Positions 8,985-17,476 of a stretch of 41,292 nucleotides of DNA are shown one piece after another. The DNA is from an uncultured Candidatus Saccharibacteria bacterium. Lineage in GTDB: Bacteria; Patescibacteriota; Minisyncoccia; 2-02-FULL-40-12. The stretch covers positions 1 to 41,292 of the forward strand of contig CAYHZG010000001.1 of NCBI GenBank assembly GCA_964361105.1, read 5' to 3'. Within the stretch, counting starts at the first letter, position 1. The number at the start of each line of letters is the position of its first letter. Position numbers and translations under genes: made by a program. A model generated the notes under the pieces. That model was not told the origin of the DNA and searched no databases. It saw only the letters and a program-made list of their open reading frames with translations.

Positions 8985-9529
8985 TTGAATTTTGCCAGGA
9001 TAGCTTTCATTAAATCACCAACATCTCGGGGATGACGGGCCGTAATGATATGCCCGTCAACTACCGCTGGTTTATCAACGTAAATAGCGCCGGCATTTTT
9101 AAGATCGTCAATGATACCGGGATAGCCGGTGGCTTTTTTATTTTTCAAAATCCCAGCTGAAATCAAAACCCAAGGGCCGTGGCAGAAAGCGGCAATTATT
9201 TTTTTATGACGATCCATCGTTCTTACAAATTCCAAAACTTCAGGGGTCTGCCTCACCCGATCCGGCGCCTCAAACCCGCCAGGAATCAAAACCAGATCAT
9301 AATCTTTGGGATCAAGAGCGGTGGAGTCAACCAAGGTACTGTAATATTTAACGACTAATTCAAGCGGGAAATTCAGTCTTCCGTTTACCAGTTTCTTTCC
9401 TTTAGTGGCAATATCAACCTCAAAGCCAGCTTCTTTTAAACGAATAACCGGATAAATCACTTCTTCATCCTCAAAGCCTTCGGCGGTAATAACCACTGCT
9501 TTGTGCCTAGTCAAAATTTTTCTTTTCAT
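8981..9529 (-). CDS. DJ-1/PfpI family protein (class I glutamine-amidotransferase-like fold)
   Basis: Nucleophile elbow AAFCHGPWVL, and VVDGHIITARHPRD near the C-terminus. Confidence 0.85.
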   Translation of the reverse strand: MKRKILTRHKAVVITAEGFEDEEVIYPVIRLKEAGFEVDIATKGKKLVNGRLNFPLELVVKYYSTLVDSTALDPKDYDLVLIPGGFEAPDRVRQTPEVLEFVRTMDRHKKIIAAFCHGPWVLISAGILKNKKATGYPGIIDDLKNAGAIYVDKPAVVDGHIITARHPRDVGDLMKAILAKFK

Positions 9530-9532
9530 AAT

Positions 9533-10390
9533 TTAAACTGCCTTCAGACGATACTCCATTGCTCCGTCTTCGAGCCTGGTGAATTCAAACCCGGGAAAGT
9601 CGGCTGAAAACTTCGACAAGTCAAATCTCAAATTCGGAGAAATCTTGGCATTTTGAACCATCTTGATTCCTGTTCTTTTCCCGCAAACATTAAAGGCTAC
9701 CTCGGCCAGGTTTTTCAAAGAGGTGCCGTTGCCGTCGGCGATAATGTTGTAATCGCCGGTTTTGCCTTCATTAATAATCGAGCGGATAGCCCGCCAAGCG
9801 TCCTCCTTATGAAGCCAAACCAACCTGGTAGAATCATCGCCGTGCATTTCAATCGGCCGACCGGCATAGACATCGTTTATAAACCGGAACAAAGGGCTTC
9901 GGTTGTCGCCTTGACCGTAAAGAATTCCAGGCCGCACAATCGTCAAATTAACTTTAGAGTCTTGGCAGGCTCGATTAAACATTATCTCACCGATTAGCTT
10001 GGCCGTGCTGTAAATATCATCCGGCTTGACCGGGCTCGATTCAACAATCGGAACATCAGAATGATGACCATAAATTGCCGTTGAGCTTACCAAAATAAAA
10101 TGCTTTACGTGACCTAACAACTCTGGGTTGGCCAAATTGTTAAACATAGCGATTTCTTTCCAAAATGCGCCATAACTCTTTTCTTTATTCAAGGCCGAGG
10201 CCGCCATAATCATCACGGCGTTTTGACCCGAAATCCCGACTAATTTAGGAATTGCCTCTTCGGACGTAAGATCAAGGTCGGCTGACGAAAGGCCCACGAC
10301 CTCGTGTTCTCCATCTTTGGAAAAATTTTCATAGAGACAACTCCCCAAAAATCCCCGGCGACCTAAAATTATTATCTTTGATTTAGCCAT
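9533..10390 (-). CDS. NAD(P)-dependent sugar epimerase/reductase (SDR, RmlD-size)
   Basis: GRRGFLGS and YSTAKLIGE (YxxxK). SD-like GGCGGAG lies 5 nt upstream of the ATG. Confidence 0.75.
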   Translation of the reverse strand: MAKSKIIILGRRGFLGSCLYENFSKDGEHEVVGLSSADLDLTSEEAIPKLVGISGQNAVMIMAASALNKEKSYGAFWKEIAMFNNLANPELLGHVKHFILVSSTAIYGHHSDVPIVESSPVKPDDIYSTAKLIGEIMFNRACQDSKVNLTIVRPGILYGQGDNRSPLFRFINDVYAGRPIEMHGDDSTRLVWLHKEDAWRAIRSIINEGKTGDYNIIADGNGTSLKNLAEVAFNVCGKRTGIKMVQNAKISPNLRFDLSKFSADFPGFEFTRLEDGAMEYRLKAV

Positions 10391-10403
10391 TGTGGCTCCG
10401 CCT

Positions 10404-11417
10404 TTATTTTTTACTACATCTTATAACACCCCGCAACAGTCGGCCGGCCGTAAGATCATCTATGCCAGCATTAACGTTATCTAATTCGTAAATCTTACTA
10501 ACCAATTTGTTGATAGGCAAAGAACCATTAAGATACATCTTGGCATAGAAAGGTATGTCTTGATCGGGAAAACACATATCAAACCTGGTGCCCCTTAATA
10601 CTTTGCCGGTTAAAAGCCCCCAATAGTCAATGGAGATTTTGGTGCCGGGCTCCAAATTACCGGCAATAATGGCAGTGCCAGTCGGTTTCAAAAATTCGTA
10701 GGCCATTTCCATAGCCGTTTTGCTGCCGCTACATTCAATCGAATAGTCAAAGGTCCCTTTAAGCCCCTCTATTTCGGCATCGCTTGGGTTAATGGCTATT
10801 ACCTTGAGCTCTTCTTTCACCCACTTTAATTTCCACGGCACAATATCAAAAGCATGGCACTTGACTCCTAAAGATGCGGCTCTCATCAGGGCACTAGCGC
10901 CAAGACCGCCAATACCGAATACAGCAAGTCTATGGCCGGCGTTTATTTGGTGTTTATCAACAATGCCCGCCCCGACCTGGACCGCGCATCCCAAAAGTGA
11001 AGCAATTTGTGGCTCAACTGCTTTCGGAATAACGACCAGTCTGTTTTCGGAAATTACGGCATACTCGCTGAATACGGAACAGGCGCCGGCATTTACCGCG
11101 CCTTTGCTACTTTGGTATCTGACCGAAGGCGCCTCAAGGCCCGCTCCCCTAACCCAAGTACAAGCCACGTAATCACCAGGCTTAACCTTTGAAACCCCGT
11201 CTCCAATTTCCATAACCTCACCCGAGGCTTCGTGGCCGAGCAAATGAGGAATAAATTCAGCTCCCTTTCTTCCTTTAATTTCGTTAACGTTGCTGTGACA
11301 TAAACCTCCGAAAAGCACTTTAATAAGCGTCTGACCTCTTTGAAGTTTGGGAATTTCTAATTCCTCTATCGTAAGCGGCCCGCCAATATTTATTAGAACT
11401 GCTGCCTTGGTTTTCAT
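10404..11417 (-). CDS. zinc-binding medium-chain alcohol dehydrogenase
   Basis: GLCHSNVNE and GHEASGEV zinc-ligand motifs, and a GIGGLGAS dinucleotide fold. Confidence 0.85.
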   Translation of the reverse strand: MKTKAAVLINIGGPLTIEELEIPKLQRGQTLIKVLFGGLCHSNVNEIKGRKGAEFIPHLLGHEASGEVMEIGDGVSKVKPGDYVACTWVRGAGLEAPSVRYQSSKGAVNAGACSVFSEYAVISENRLVVIPKAVEPQIASLLGCAVQVGAGIVDKHQINAGHRLAVFGIGGLGASALMRAASLGVKCHAFDIVPWKLKWVKEELKVIAINPSDAEIEGLKGTFDYSIECSGSKTAMEMAYEFLKPTGTAIIAGNLEPGTKISIDYWGLLTGKVLRGTRFDMCFPDQDIPFYAKMYLNGSLPINKLVSKIYELDNVNAGIDDLTAGRLLRGVIRCSKK

Positions 11418-11435
11418 CTGTAATTTAGATGCGCC

Positions 11436-12092
11436 TCAAGCAAAAAACCAATAATAATCGCCGGTGTAACCGACTTCCTTAAAAAGTTTTTTCCAATCAT
11501 CAACGTGCATGATGGTCCCGCCCAGAACCACGACCCATTTGAAAAGCCTCTCTTTTTCCAAATCATTGCGCCAGGCATCAATCGTTATAAAGGCGTGCTT
11601 TTTCGATACCCGCTGAATTTCCCTGATGGCTTGTTTGCATTCTTCCAGAGGAAGAGCGTGAACAGTGGTAATAGAAACTACCAAATCAAAAGACTTGTCA
11701 GGAAAAGGCAAGCTCCTGGCGTTGGCCACCTGAATGAACGGCTTAACGTCTTCCATGGCATTATCAATGGCATATTCGGAAATATCAATCCCAGCCACTT
11801 TGATGCCGGGTATAAGTTTCATAAGGTCATGAAGCATAAAGCCCTTGGCGCAGCCGACATCCAAAACACTGCTTGAAGCGTCAAGTTTGTAGTGATCTCT
11901 GAATTTTTCAACAATTTTTACCCAACGGCCGTCATATTTATAGCCGCCGTATCCGTAGAGTCTATCCTCGTCAAAAAATTCTTTACCGAACTTACTTGCT
12001 GCCTTTCTCTGTTCCAGAGTAATATTCTTCGCCCGCCAATCAACGTCTCTATCAAGGTTGGGGTAAAAATCCATAAGATTAATCTCGGGCAT
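11436..12092 (-). CDS. class I SAM-dependent methyltransferase
   Basis: Motif I VLDVGCAKGF, with the downstream acidic and hydrophobic motifs of the Methyltransf_11 type. Confidence 0.8.
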   Translation of the reverse strand: MPEINLMDFYPNLDRDVDWRAKNITLEQRKAASKFGKEFFDEDRLYGYGGYKYDGRWVKIVEKFRDHYKLDASSSVLDVGCAKGFMLHDLMKLIPGIKVAGIDISEYAIDNAMEDVKPFIQVANARSLPFPDKSFDLVVSITTVHALPLEECKQAIREIQRVSKKHAFITIDAWRNDLEKERLFKWVVVLGGTIMHVDDWKKLFKEVGYTGDYYWFFA

Positions 12093-12170
12093 ATGATTCT
12101 TTTTTATCCTACACTAATAAATATTTTTTTCAAGCGGATTATTCCTTATTTAAATTATCTTTAAGTCAAA

Positions 12171-12202
12171 CCCCCCACACTCACGAATGGAGCATGGGGG
12201 GG
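12171..12202 (-). terminator. putative intrinsic terminator downstream of the radical SAM gene
   Basis: On the minus strand, CCCCCCA (from 12202-12196) pairs with TGGGGGG (12177-12171) around a 17-nt interior that holds a further 3-bp stem. TTTGACTT follows. The U-tract is weak. Confidence 0.45.
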
Positions 12203-12213
12203 CGTGAAGGAAC

Positions 12214-13461
12214 TTAGATAATGTTCCCGCGATGGGGAAAGCCCTTAGCGGCAAGATTAGCTTCAAGTCGCCGAAGTTCCGCCTCCTGCTCTTCTGGCTG
12301 GAGGTTGAGCAGCCAATACAGGTAGCGGTTTTCGTGGTCGGGATGGCAGCTTTTGGTGCAGACACTGATGTCAAATGTTTTCATTGACTCAAGATGCTGC
12401 TCTCGGCGCTCGCCAAACCAGATTTCTCTGAAGCCCTGCTCCTTGATGTTGCCGAGGTAAAACTGACTCTCCCGCCACTGAGCCATTTTCGAAGCAGGCA
12501 GCCAGTGACCCGAACAGGAAACCAAAAGCCCGTCGGACTGCATATAACACCACAGGGTCGGCGTTGCATGACAGACCGGGTAGCCCCGGTCGGGCATTTC
12601 GTACTCTTTGAAGCGGCTAAACCGAAAGACCACTTCAAAGTCATCAGTTTCGTACCGCTCACGGAGCCTCTCGCCTGTCTCCAGAATCTCATCCATTATC
12701 GGCTCATAGCTCATGTCGCCATAGAGTTCAAAGGTCTCGCGGTTCTGGGGCGGTTGTCTATAGGGCTTGAAGCAAACATAGTCGGCCCCGGCATCCCTTG
12801 TCCTCTGAATCAGGGCTTCGGCTTCTGGCCAGTTTGCCTTAACCCGCGCTCCTTTTTTGTTCAACGCTCCTTTCACGGTCACGGTCATGTTGACCCCAAC
12901 CTCGCACTTGCTTTTGAGCTCCCGTTTGATTCTGGCAACCCGCCTAATGTTGTCCCAGAGGCGCGACCAATCACCCGGATCGACCTGATGGAAGTTGGCA
13001 TAAGACTCGGCCGTTCCGGCATTAACGCTGAACTGGAGATAGACGTTAATGAAAGGGAGGACTTCCTCGGCGCGTTTTTCAGTGAAGGCCACGCCGTTGG
13101 AGAGCATTCCCACGTCAATTCCGGCGATTCGGGCTTGTTCGCATATCTTGCCGAGCTGCGGCTCCAGCATCGGTTCGCCTTCGCCAGCAAACTGAACGCT
13201 TCTGATGCCCAATCCATCCGGATCTGCCTCTCTTAACTCCCGGGCTTCCCCAAAAAATCTGGTTAAGACCGGGAGACTAAGATAATTGTACTTGAATTCC
13301 AGGATGGAAGGAGCGCAATGCAGACAGCGGTGATTGCAACCTCCGGCCGGAGAAACCTCGCAATAGATCGGCGGAACAGAAAACGGATCCTTAATCAAAC
13401 GGCGCAGCCAGGCCGGATGGTTCTGAACTTTAGTACCCTCAAACCACTCTCGAATCTTCAT
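12214..13461 (-). CDS. radical SAM enzyme with C-terminal Cys-rich (twitch/SPASM-like) extension
   Basis: CNHRCLHC (Cys42/46/49) and a GEGEP motif. Five C-terminal Cys (VCHATPTLWC..SC..CTKSC). Strong SD GGAGGAA upstream of ATG 13461. GC is visibly higher than in the neighbouring genes. Confidence 0.85.
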   Translation of the reverse strand: MKIREWFEGTKVQNHPAWLRRLIKDPFSVPPIYCEVSPAGGCNHRCLHCAPSILEFKYNYLSLPVLTRFFGEARELREADPDGLGIRSVQFAGEGEPMLEPQLGKICEQARIAGIDVGMLSNGVAFTEKRAEEVLPFINVYLQFSVNAGTAESYANFHQVDPGDWSRLWDNIRRVARIKRELKSKCEVGVNMTVTVKGALNKKGARVKANWPEAEALIQRTRDAGADYVCFKPYRQPPQNRETFELYGDMSYEPIMDEILETGERLRERYETDDFEVVFRFSRFKEYEMPDRGYPVCHATPTLWCYMQSDGLLVSCSGHWLPASKMAQWRESQFYLGNIKEQGFREIWFGERREQHLESMKTFDISVCTKSCHPDHENRYLYWLLNLQPEEQEAELRRLEANLAAKGFPHRGNII

Positions 13462-13554
13462 GGGCTTCCTCCAGAATAAACACTTACCCTAATTGTAAAG
13501 GTAAAACCTACTCTAAAATATCATATTCAACTGCTAAAAACAAATCAATCTGAT

Positions 13555-13584
13555 TTGACATCTCCATCAAAAATCTGTAATAAT
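13555..13584 (+). promoter_or_regulatory. sigma70-like promoter for the ABC exporter operon
   Basis: TTGACA (13555-13560), 18-nt spacer, then TGT-AATAAT (13576-13584). This would leave a leader of only about 7-8 nt before ATG 13599. No SD is present. Confidence 0.35.
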
Positions 13585-13598
13585 AAACATCTATTATT

Positions 13599-15407
13599 AT
13601 GTTCATAGACTACGAAAATATAAAGTACTACTGGAATCTTTTTGATAGAGCGTTTTTCGGTTATAAAAAAAACTTTTTAATCATTACCGTTATCGGTTTC
13701 CTAAGCGGCTTGGTCGGAGGACTTGGGATTGGTTCGCTTATTCCCTTGGTTTCTTTTGTCACCGAAACCGGCCAAACGACCGATATTATCTCAACATCGG
13801 TCCGCCGGGTATTTTCTCTTTTTGATATCCAATACAGCATCCCGGCTCTCTTAATAATGATGGTCGTATTGTTTTTTTCTAAAGCGGTGCTGAATTTAAT
13901 CGCTCAATACATAAATGCCAAAACTGCCATTGACTTTGAAAATAAAACAAGAGTTCGGTTATTTAAAACAACTTTATCCGCCTCATGGCCATACTTAAGC
14001 CGACAAAAAGTGGGATATCTTGAAAAGGTATTAACCGAGGACATCAATCAAAGCACCCAATTGATATTTTTAATCAGCACCATAATTTTAGCCGTGGCCA
14101 GTCTGATAATTTATGCTTTTATTGCCTACAGCATTTCGGCCCTTATCACCGTGTCCGCAATCGGTTTTGGCGTATTTATCATTCTTTCTTTAAAATTGTT
14201 CTTCAAACGGGCAAAAAATGTCGGCGAAAGATTAACCAGAATCTATAAGTTAATCGCCCATTTCATTAATGAAAACAGTATCGGAGCAAAAGTCATAAAG
14301 GCAATGGGAATAGAAAAAAAGGTTATTGAAAAAGCCGAAGTTCACTTTAATGGCCTAAAAAATATCAGAAAAGAGATGGCTCTCTACAATGCCTTCAGTA
14401 ATGTCTTGATGGAACCGGTTAGCTTGATATTCATCGTTTTGATCTTTGGCTTCTCCTATTCCTCGCCCGCCTTCAACATCGGCTCATTTGCCGCAACGAT
14501 TTATCTGATTCAGAAAATCTTTACTTTCACGGGAACAATTCAAGGCAATATTCATCACATCAGCCAGGTCATTCCTAACTTAAAAACGGTAATCAAGTAC
14601 CAAAATAATGCGGAGATAAATCTAGAAAAAAACAGTGTCCTCCGGTCAGGTGGTTCGCAATCTTTTTCATTTGACCGGACAATAGAATTCTCCAAAGTGG
14701 ACTTCGCCTACAAAGACAGAAAAGCTCTTCTTTCTCAAACAAGTTTTACCATAAAAAAGGGAGAGATGGTCGGGCTGATCGGTCCTTCCGGAGCCGGAAA
14801 GACAACGATTGCCGACTTAATCTTAAGATTATTTACTCCAAGCGGAGGCAAAATTTTATTGGACGGCAAGGATGTGTTTCTAATCGACATTGATGAATGG
14901 AGGAAAAAAATAGAGTATGTGCCCCAAGATCCGTTTCTAATTAATGATACAATAGAAAACAATATAAAATTCTATGATGACTCTATAACCGAGAAAGATA
15001 TTATTGAAGCCGCAAAAATAGCCAATATCTACGATTTTGTGCAAAAATTGCCGGACAAATTCAAAACCGCAGCCGGTGAAAGAGGGGTTAAGTTATCCGG
15101 GGGGCAGCGACAACGTATTGTTTTAGCTAGAGCTCTGGCCAGAAAACCGGAAATTTTAATCCTTGATGAAGCCACCAGCGCCATTGATACCGAATCAGAG
15201 GTTTTAATCCAAAAATCAATCAATGACCTTCGAAATAAAATGACGATTTTCGTCATCGCCCATCGATTATCGACCATCTTAAACTCTGACCGGCTCTTGG
15301 TTTTAGAAAACGGGAAAATAATAGAAGAAGGTAATCCTAAAAAACTTCTTGAAAGCAAGGACTCGCATTTCTATAAAATTTATAACCTCAGCGAAAAACA
15401 GATATAA
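13599..15407 (+). CDS. ABC exporter, fused permease-ATPase half-transporter (MsbA/PglK-like)
   Basis: N-terminal multi-helix hydrophobic domain. NBD with Walker A GPSGAGKTT, signature LSGGQRQR, Walker B ILILDEATS and H-loop IAHRLS. Confidence 0.9.
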   Translation: MFIDYENIKYYWNLFDRAFFGYKKNFLIITVIGFLSGLVGGLGIGSLIPLVSFVTETGQTTDIISTSVRRVFSLFDIQYSIPALLIMMVVLFFSKAVLNLIAQYINAKTAIDFENKTRVRLFKTTLSASWPYLSRQKVGYLEKVLTEDINQSTQLIFLISTIILAVASLIIYAFIAYSISALITVSAIGFGVFIILSLKLFFKRAKNVGERLTRIYKLIAHFINENSIGAKVIKAMGIEKKVIEKAEVHFNGLKNIRKEMALYNAFSNVLMEPVSLIFIVLIFGFSYSSPAFNIGSFAATIYLIQKIFTFTGTIQGNIHHISQVIPNLKTVIKYQNNAEINLEKNSVLRSGGSQSFSFDRTIEFSKVDFAYKDRKALLSQTSFTIKKGEMVGLIGPSGAGKTTIADLILRLFTPSGGKILLDGKDVFLIDIDEWRKKIEYVPQDPFLINDTIENNIKFYDDSITEKDIIEAAKIANIYDFVQKLPDKFKTAAGERGVKLSGGQRQRIVLARALARKPEILILDEATSAIDTESEVLIQKSINDLRNKMTIFVIAHRLSTILNSDRLLVLENGKIIEEGNPKKLLESKDSHFYKIYNLSEKQI

Positions 15408-15416
15408 TTTACTGCT

Positions 15417-16631
15417 TTGAATATAAAACCTGACAAATTTATTAAAGAATTAAGATACACGATCTCTCGCTATCTTAGAAAGGCCGCATCGCGTATTTCT
15501 CCCAGCGGAGCCGATAGCGGAATCAGCTACCCGGATATTGGCTCAGACAGACTACCTGCTTCAAGCCCCAAAGCTCTTATTATTTATGCCGTAACTGGAA
15601 TAGATAGATATGTCCGCGGAGTCGCTCTGGATGATCCGATTTTTAATAAACATACGATATATTGGGAATCTGTAGAAATGGTCAAACTCCTTAATAAAGC
15701 CGGCTATATTGTTGATTTCTGCGATGTCTGGAAACCATTTCGCACCGACTGGAATAAATATTCAATAATCATTGACAGTTCTAATAACCTTAAAGACATA
15801 GGTTCTGCCCCCGGATCAAAAAAAGTCTACTGGGCCACGGGCAACCATTGGCTCCAGTGGAACAGAGCCGAACTCCAACGCATCCAATGGTTCAAAGAAC
15901 GCACCGGTCGGGTCATACCTGCAAACAGACAACAGCCAAGCATTCTCTCGGATGAACATACAGATTACCTGACTTATTTCGGCACTGATTTGCAGATAAG
16001 TTCTTTCAGCCCCAAACCCGAAAAGATCCAAATAAATATTTCAAGCTGTTCTGTGCCTCCCTATCAGAAAAAAAATATTGAACAGACAAGAAATAAATTT
16101 TTATTGATTTCTGGCGGCGGGGCTTTACATAAAGGAATTGATTTAGTGATTGAAACATTCTGTAAAATTCCGGAGGCAGAGCTTTTTATCGTTGCCAACC
16201 TTAAAGAAGAACCGAAGTTTTACGAGTGGGCCAAACCGATATTGGCAAAACATAAAAACATACATGAGCTGGGACGTTATGATCTGACTTCAAAAGATTT
16301 TGATTCGCTGGCCGACCAATGTATCGGAACCGTTTATCTATCCGCGGCCGAAGGCGGCCCGGGCTCGATTGCCCGAGTCCTCCATAACGGCCTTATCCCG
16401 ATTGTCACGCCGACGTCTTTTGTCAGAGCCGAACATCTGGGATACCAGGTTCAAGGCAACTCAGCCAAGGAAATCGTCGGTAATACGATTAATCGAATTC
16501 GCCAAGTTATGAATTTGTCTGAAAAAGAGCTTCTGGACAAATCAGATGCGGTCAGAGAGTTCGCCCAAAAATATCATACCCGTGCCGCATTCTCAAAAAG
16601 CTTCTCTGACTTTATTGAAAAATTATTATGA
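15417..16631 (+). CDS. glycosyltransferase, GT-B fold (GT4-like C-terminal domain)
   Basis: ISGGGALHKGIDLVIETF and SAAEGGPGSIARVLHNGLIPIV. TTG start, with no in-frame ATG for about 87 codons. Confidence 0.55.
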   Translation: MNIKPDKFIKELRYTISRYLRKAASRISPSGADSGISYPDIGSDRLPASSPKALIIYAVTGIDRYVRGVALDDPIFNKHTIYWESVEMVKLLNKAGYIVDFCDVWKPFRTDWNKYSIIIDSSNNLKDIGSAPGSKKVYWATGNHWLQWNRAELQRIQWFKERTGRVIPANRQQPSILSDEHTDYLTYFGTDLQISSFSPKPEKIQINISSCSVPPYQKKNIEQTRNKFLLISGGGALHKGIDLVIETFCKIPEAELFIVANLKEEPKFYEWAKPILAKHKNIHELGRYDLTSKDFDSLADQCIGTVYLSAAEGGPGSIARVLHNGLIPIVTPTSFVRAEHLGYQVQGNSAKEIVGNTINRIRQVMNLSEKELLDKSDAVREFAQKYHTRAAFSKSFSDFIEKLL

Positions 16632-17476
16632 ACGATATCGTATATATAACCGGCGCCCGCGGATCACTCGGATCTCGCTTAACCCCATTACTTAAAAAAG
16701 CAGTTGCAGTTGATGGTGACATTACTGCCCTCGATTTCAAAAAAATTCTCAAGCCGGATGCGAAGTTGGTCCATTTGGCCGGGAAATCAAATATAGCCGA
16801 AAGCAAACAAATACCAGATGAATACTATCGAGTTAATGTCGACGGCTTAAAGCGAGTAGCCGATGCCTGTCTCACCCTTAATATAAAACTGCTTTTCCCT
16901 TCAACGGTCCATCATTACGGCTGTCCCGGACCGCTCATAGATGAAACCTGCTCAAACTTAAAAGCCTATAGCCCTTACGGAGCCACAAAGATTGCCGGAG
17001 AGCAATATCTTCAAGAGCTTGGCAAAAAGGGCCTTAAATTTACCATTCTCAGGCCAGCGGGCACATTTGGCTATTCGCCGGCAATGAAATTTAATACCTC
17101 ACTGAATCAAATGGTTTACCAGGCAGTCAAGGGTGAGACCTTAAATATATGGAAAGAAACGTGGCAGGAGAAAAGACCGCATTTGTATATCAAAGATGCC
17201 GTACGGGCAATAATCTTTTTTCTGAAAAACGATTTATTCAATAATGAAATATACAACGTTGTTACCGGCAACTTTACCGTCGAAGAAACGGTCAAGGCCA
17301 TCAAAAAATTTATTCCCGATTTGAAAATTTCATTTGTCAATGCCCCACCCACAAATCTTAAATTAGACGTAAGCGATAAAAAAATATGCGATTTGGGATT
17401 TAAGCCTGATGGAAACTTGGAAAAAGGCGTCTCTGAAATAATTACATACTTGCATTCATTAAGTTCATTAAAATGA
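16628..17476 (+). CDS. NAD(P)-dependent sugar epimerase/reductase (SDR)
   Basis: ITGARGSLGSRL and YGATKIAGE (YxxxK). ATGA overlap with the upstream gene. Confidence 0.75.
   Translation: MNDIVYITGARGSLGSRLTPLLKKAVAVDGDITALDFKKILKPDAKLVHLAGKSNIAESKQIPDEYYRVNVDGLKRVADACLTLNIKLLFPSTVHHYGCPGPLIDETCSNLKAYSPYGATKIAGEQYLQELGKKGLKFTILRPAGTFGYSPAMKFNTSLNQMVYQAVKGETLNIWKETWQEKRPHLYIKDAVRAIIFFLKNDLFNNEIYNVVTGNFTVEETVKAIKKFIPDLKISFVNAPPTNLKLDVSDKKICDLGFKPDGNLEKGVSEIITYLHSLSSLK

Noticed and set aside
12150-12374. 74-aa minus-strand ORF spanning the radical SAM 3' end and the C6/G7 hairpin. I considered it as a RiPP-type precursor next to a radical SAM and an ABC exporter.
   Set aside because: It mostly overlaps the radical SAM CDS in another frame and has no SD. 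The ABC protein lacks an N-terminal peptidase domain, and no leader/core-like small ORF exists in either flanking spacer. A RiPP reading is not supported.
12394-13236. 280-aa plus-strand ORF, together with the minus-strand ORFs 12381-12692 and 12885-13217, overlapping the radical SAM gene.
   Set aside because: These are shadow frames produced by the locally high GC, where stop codons are rare. The products are low-complexity and Arg/Pro/Ser/Gly-rich, have no start context and show no recognisable motif. The radical SAM frame carries clear family motifs.
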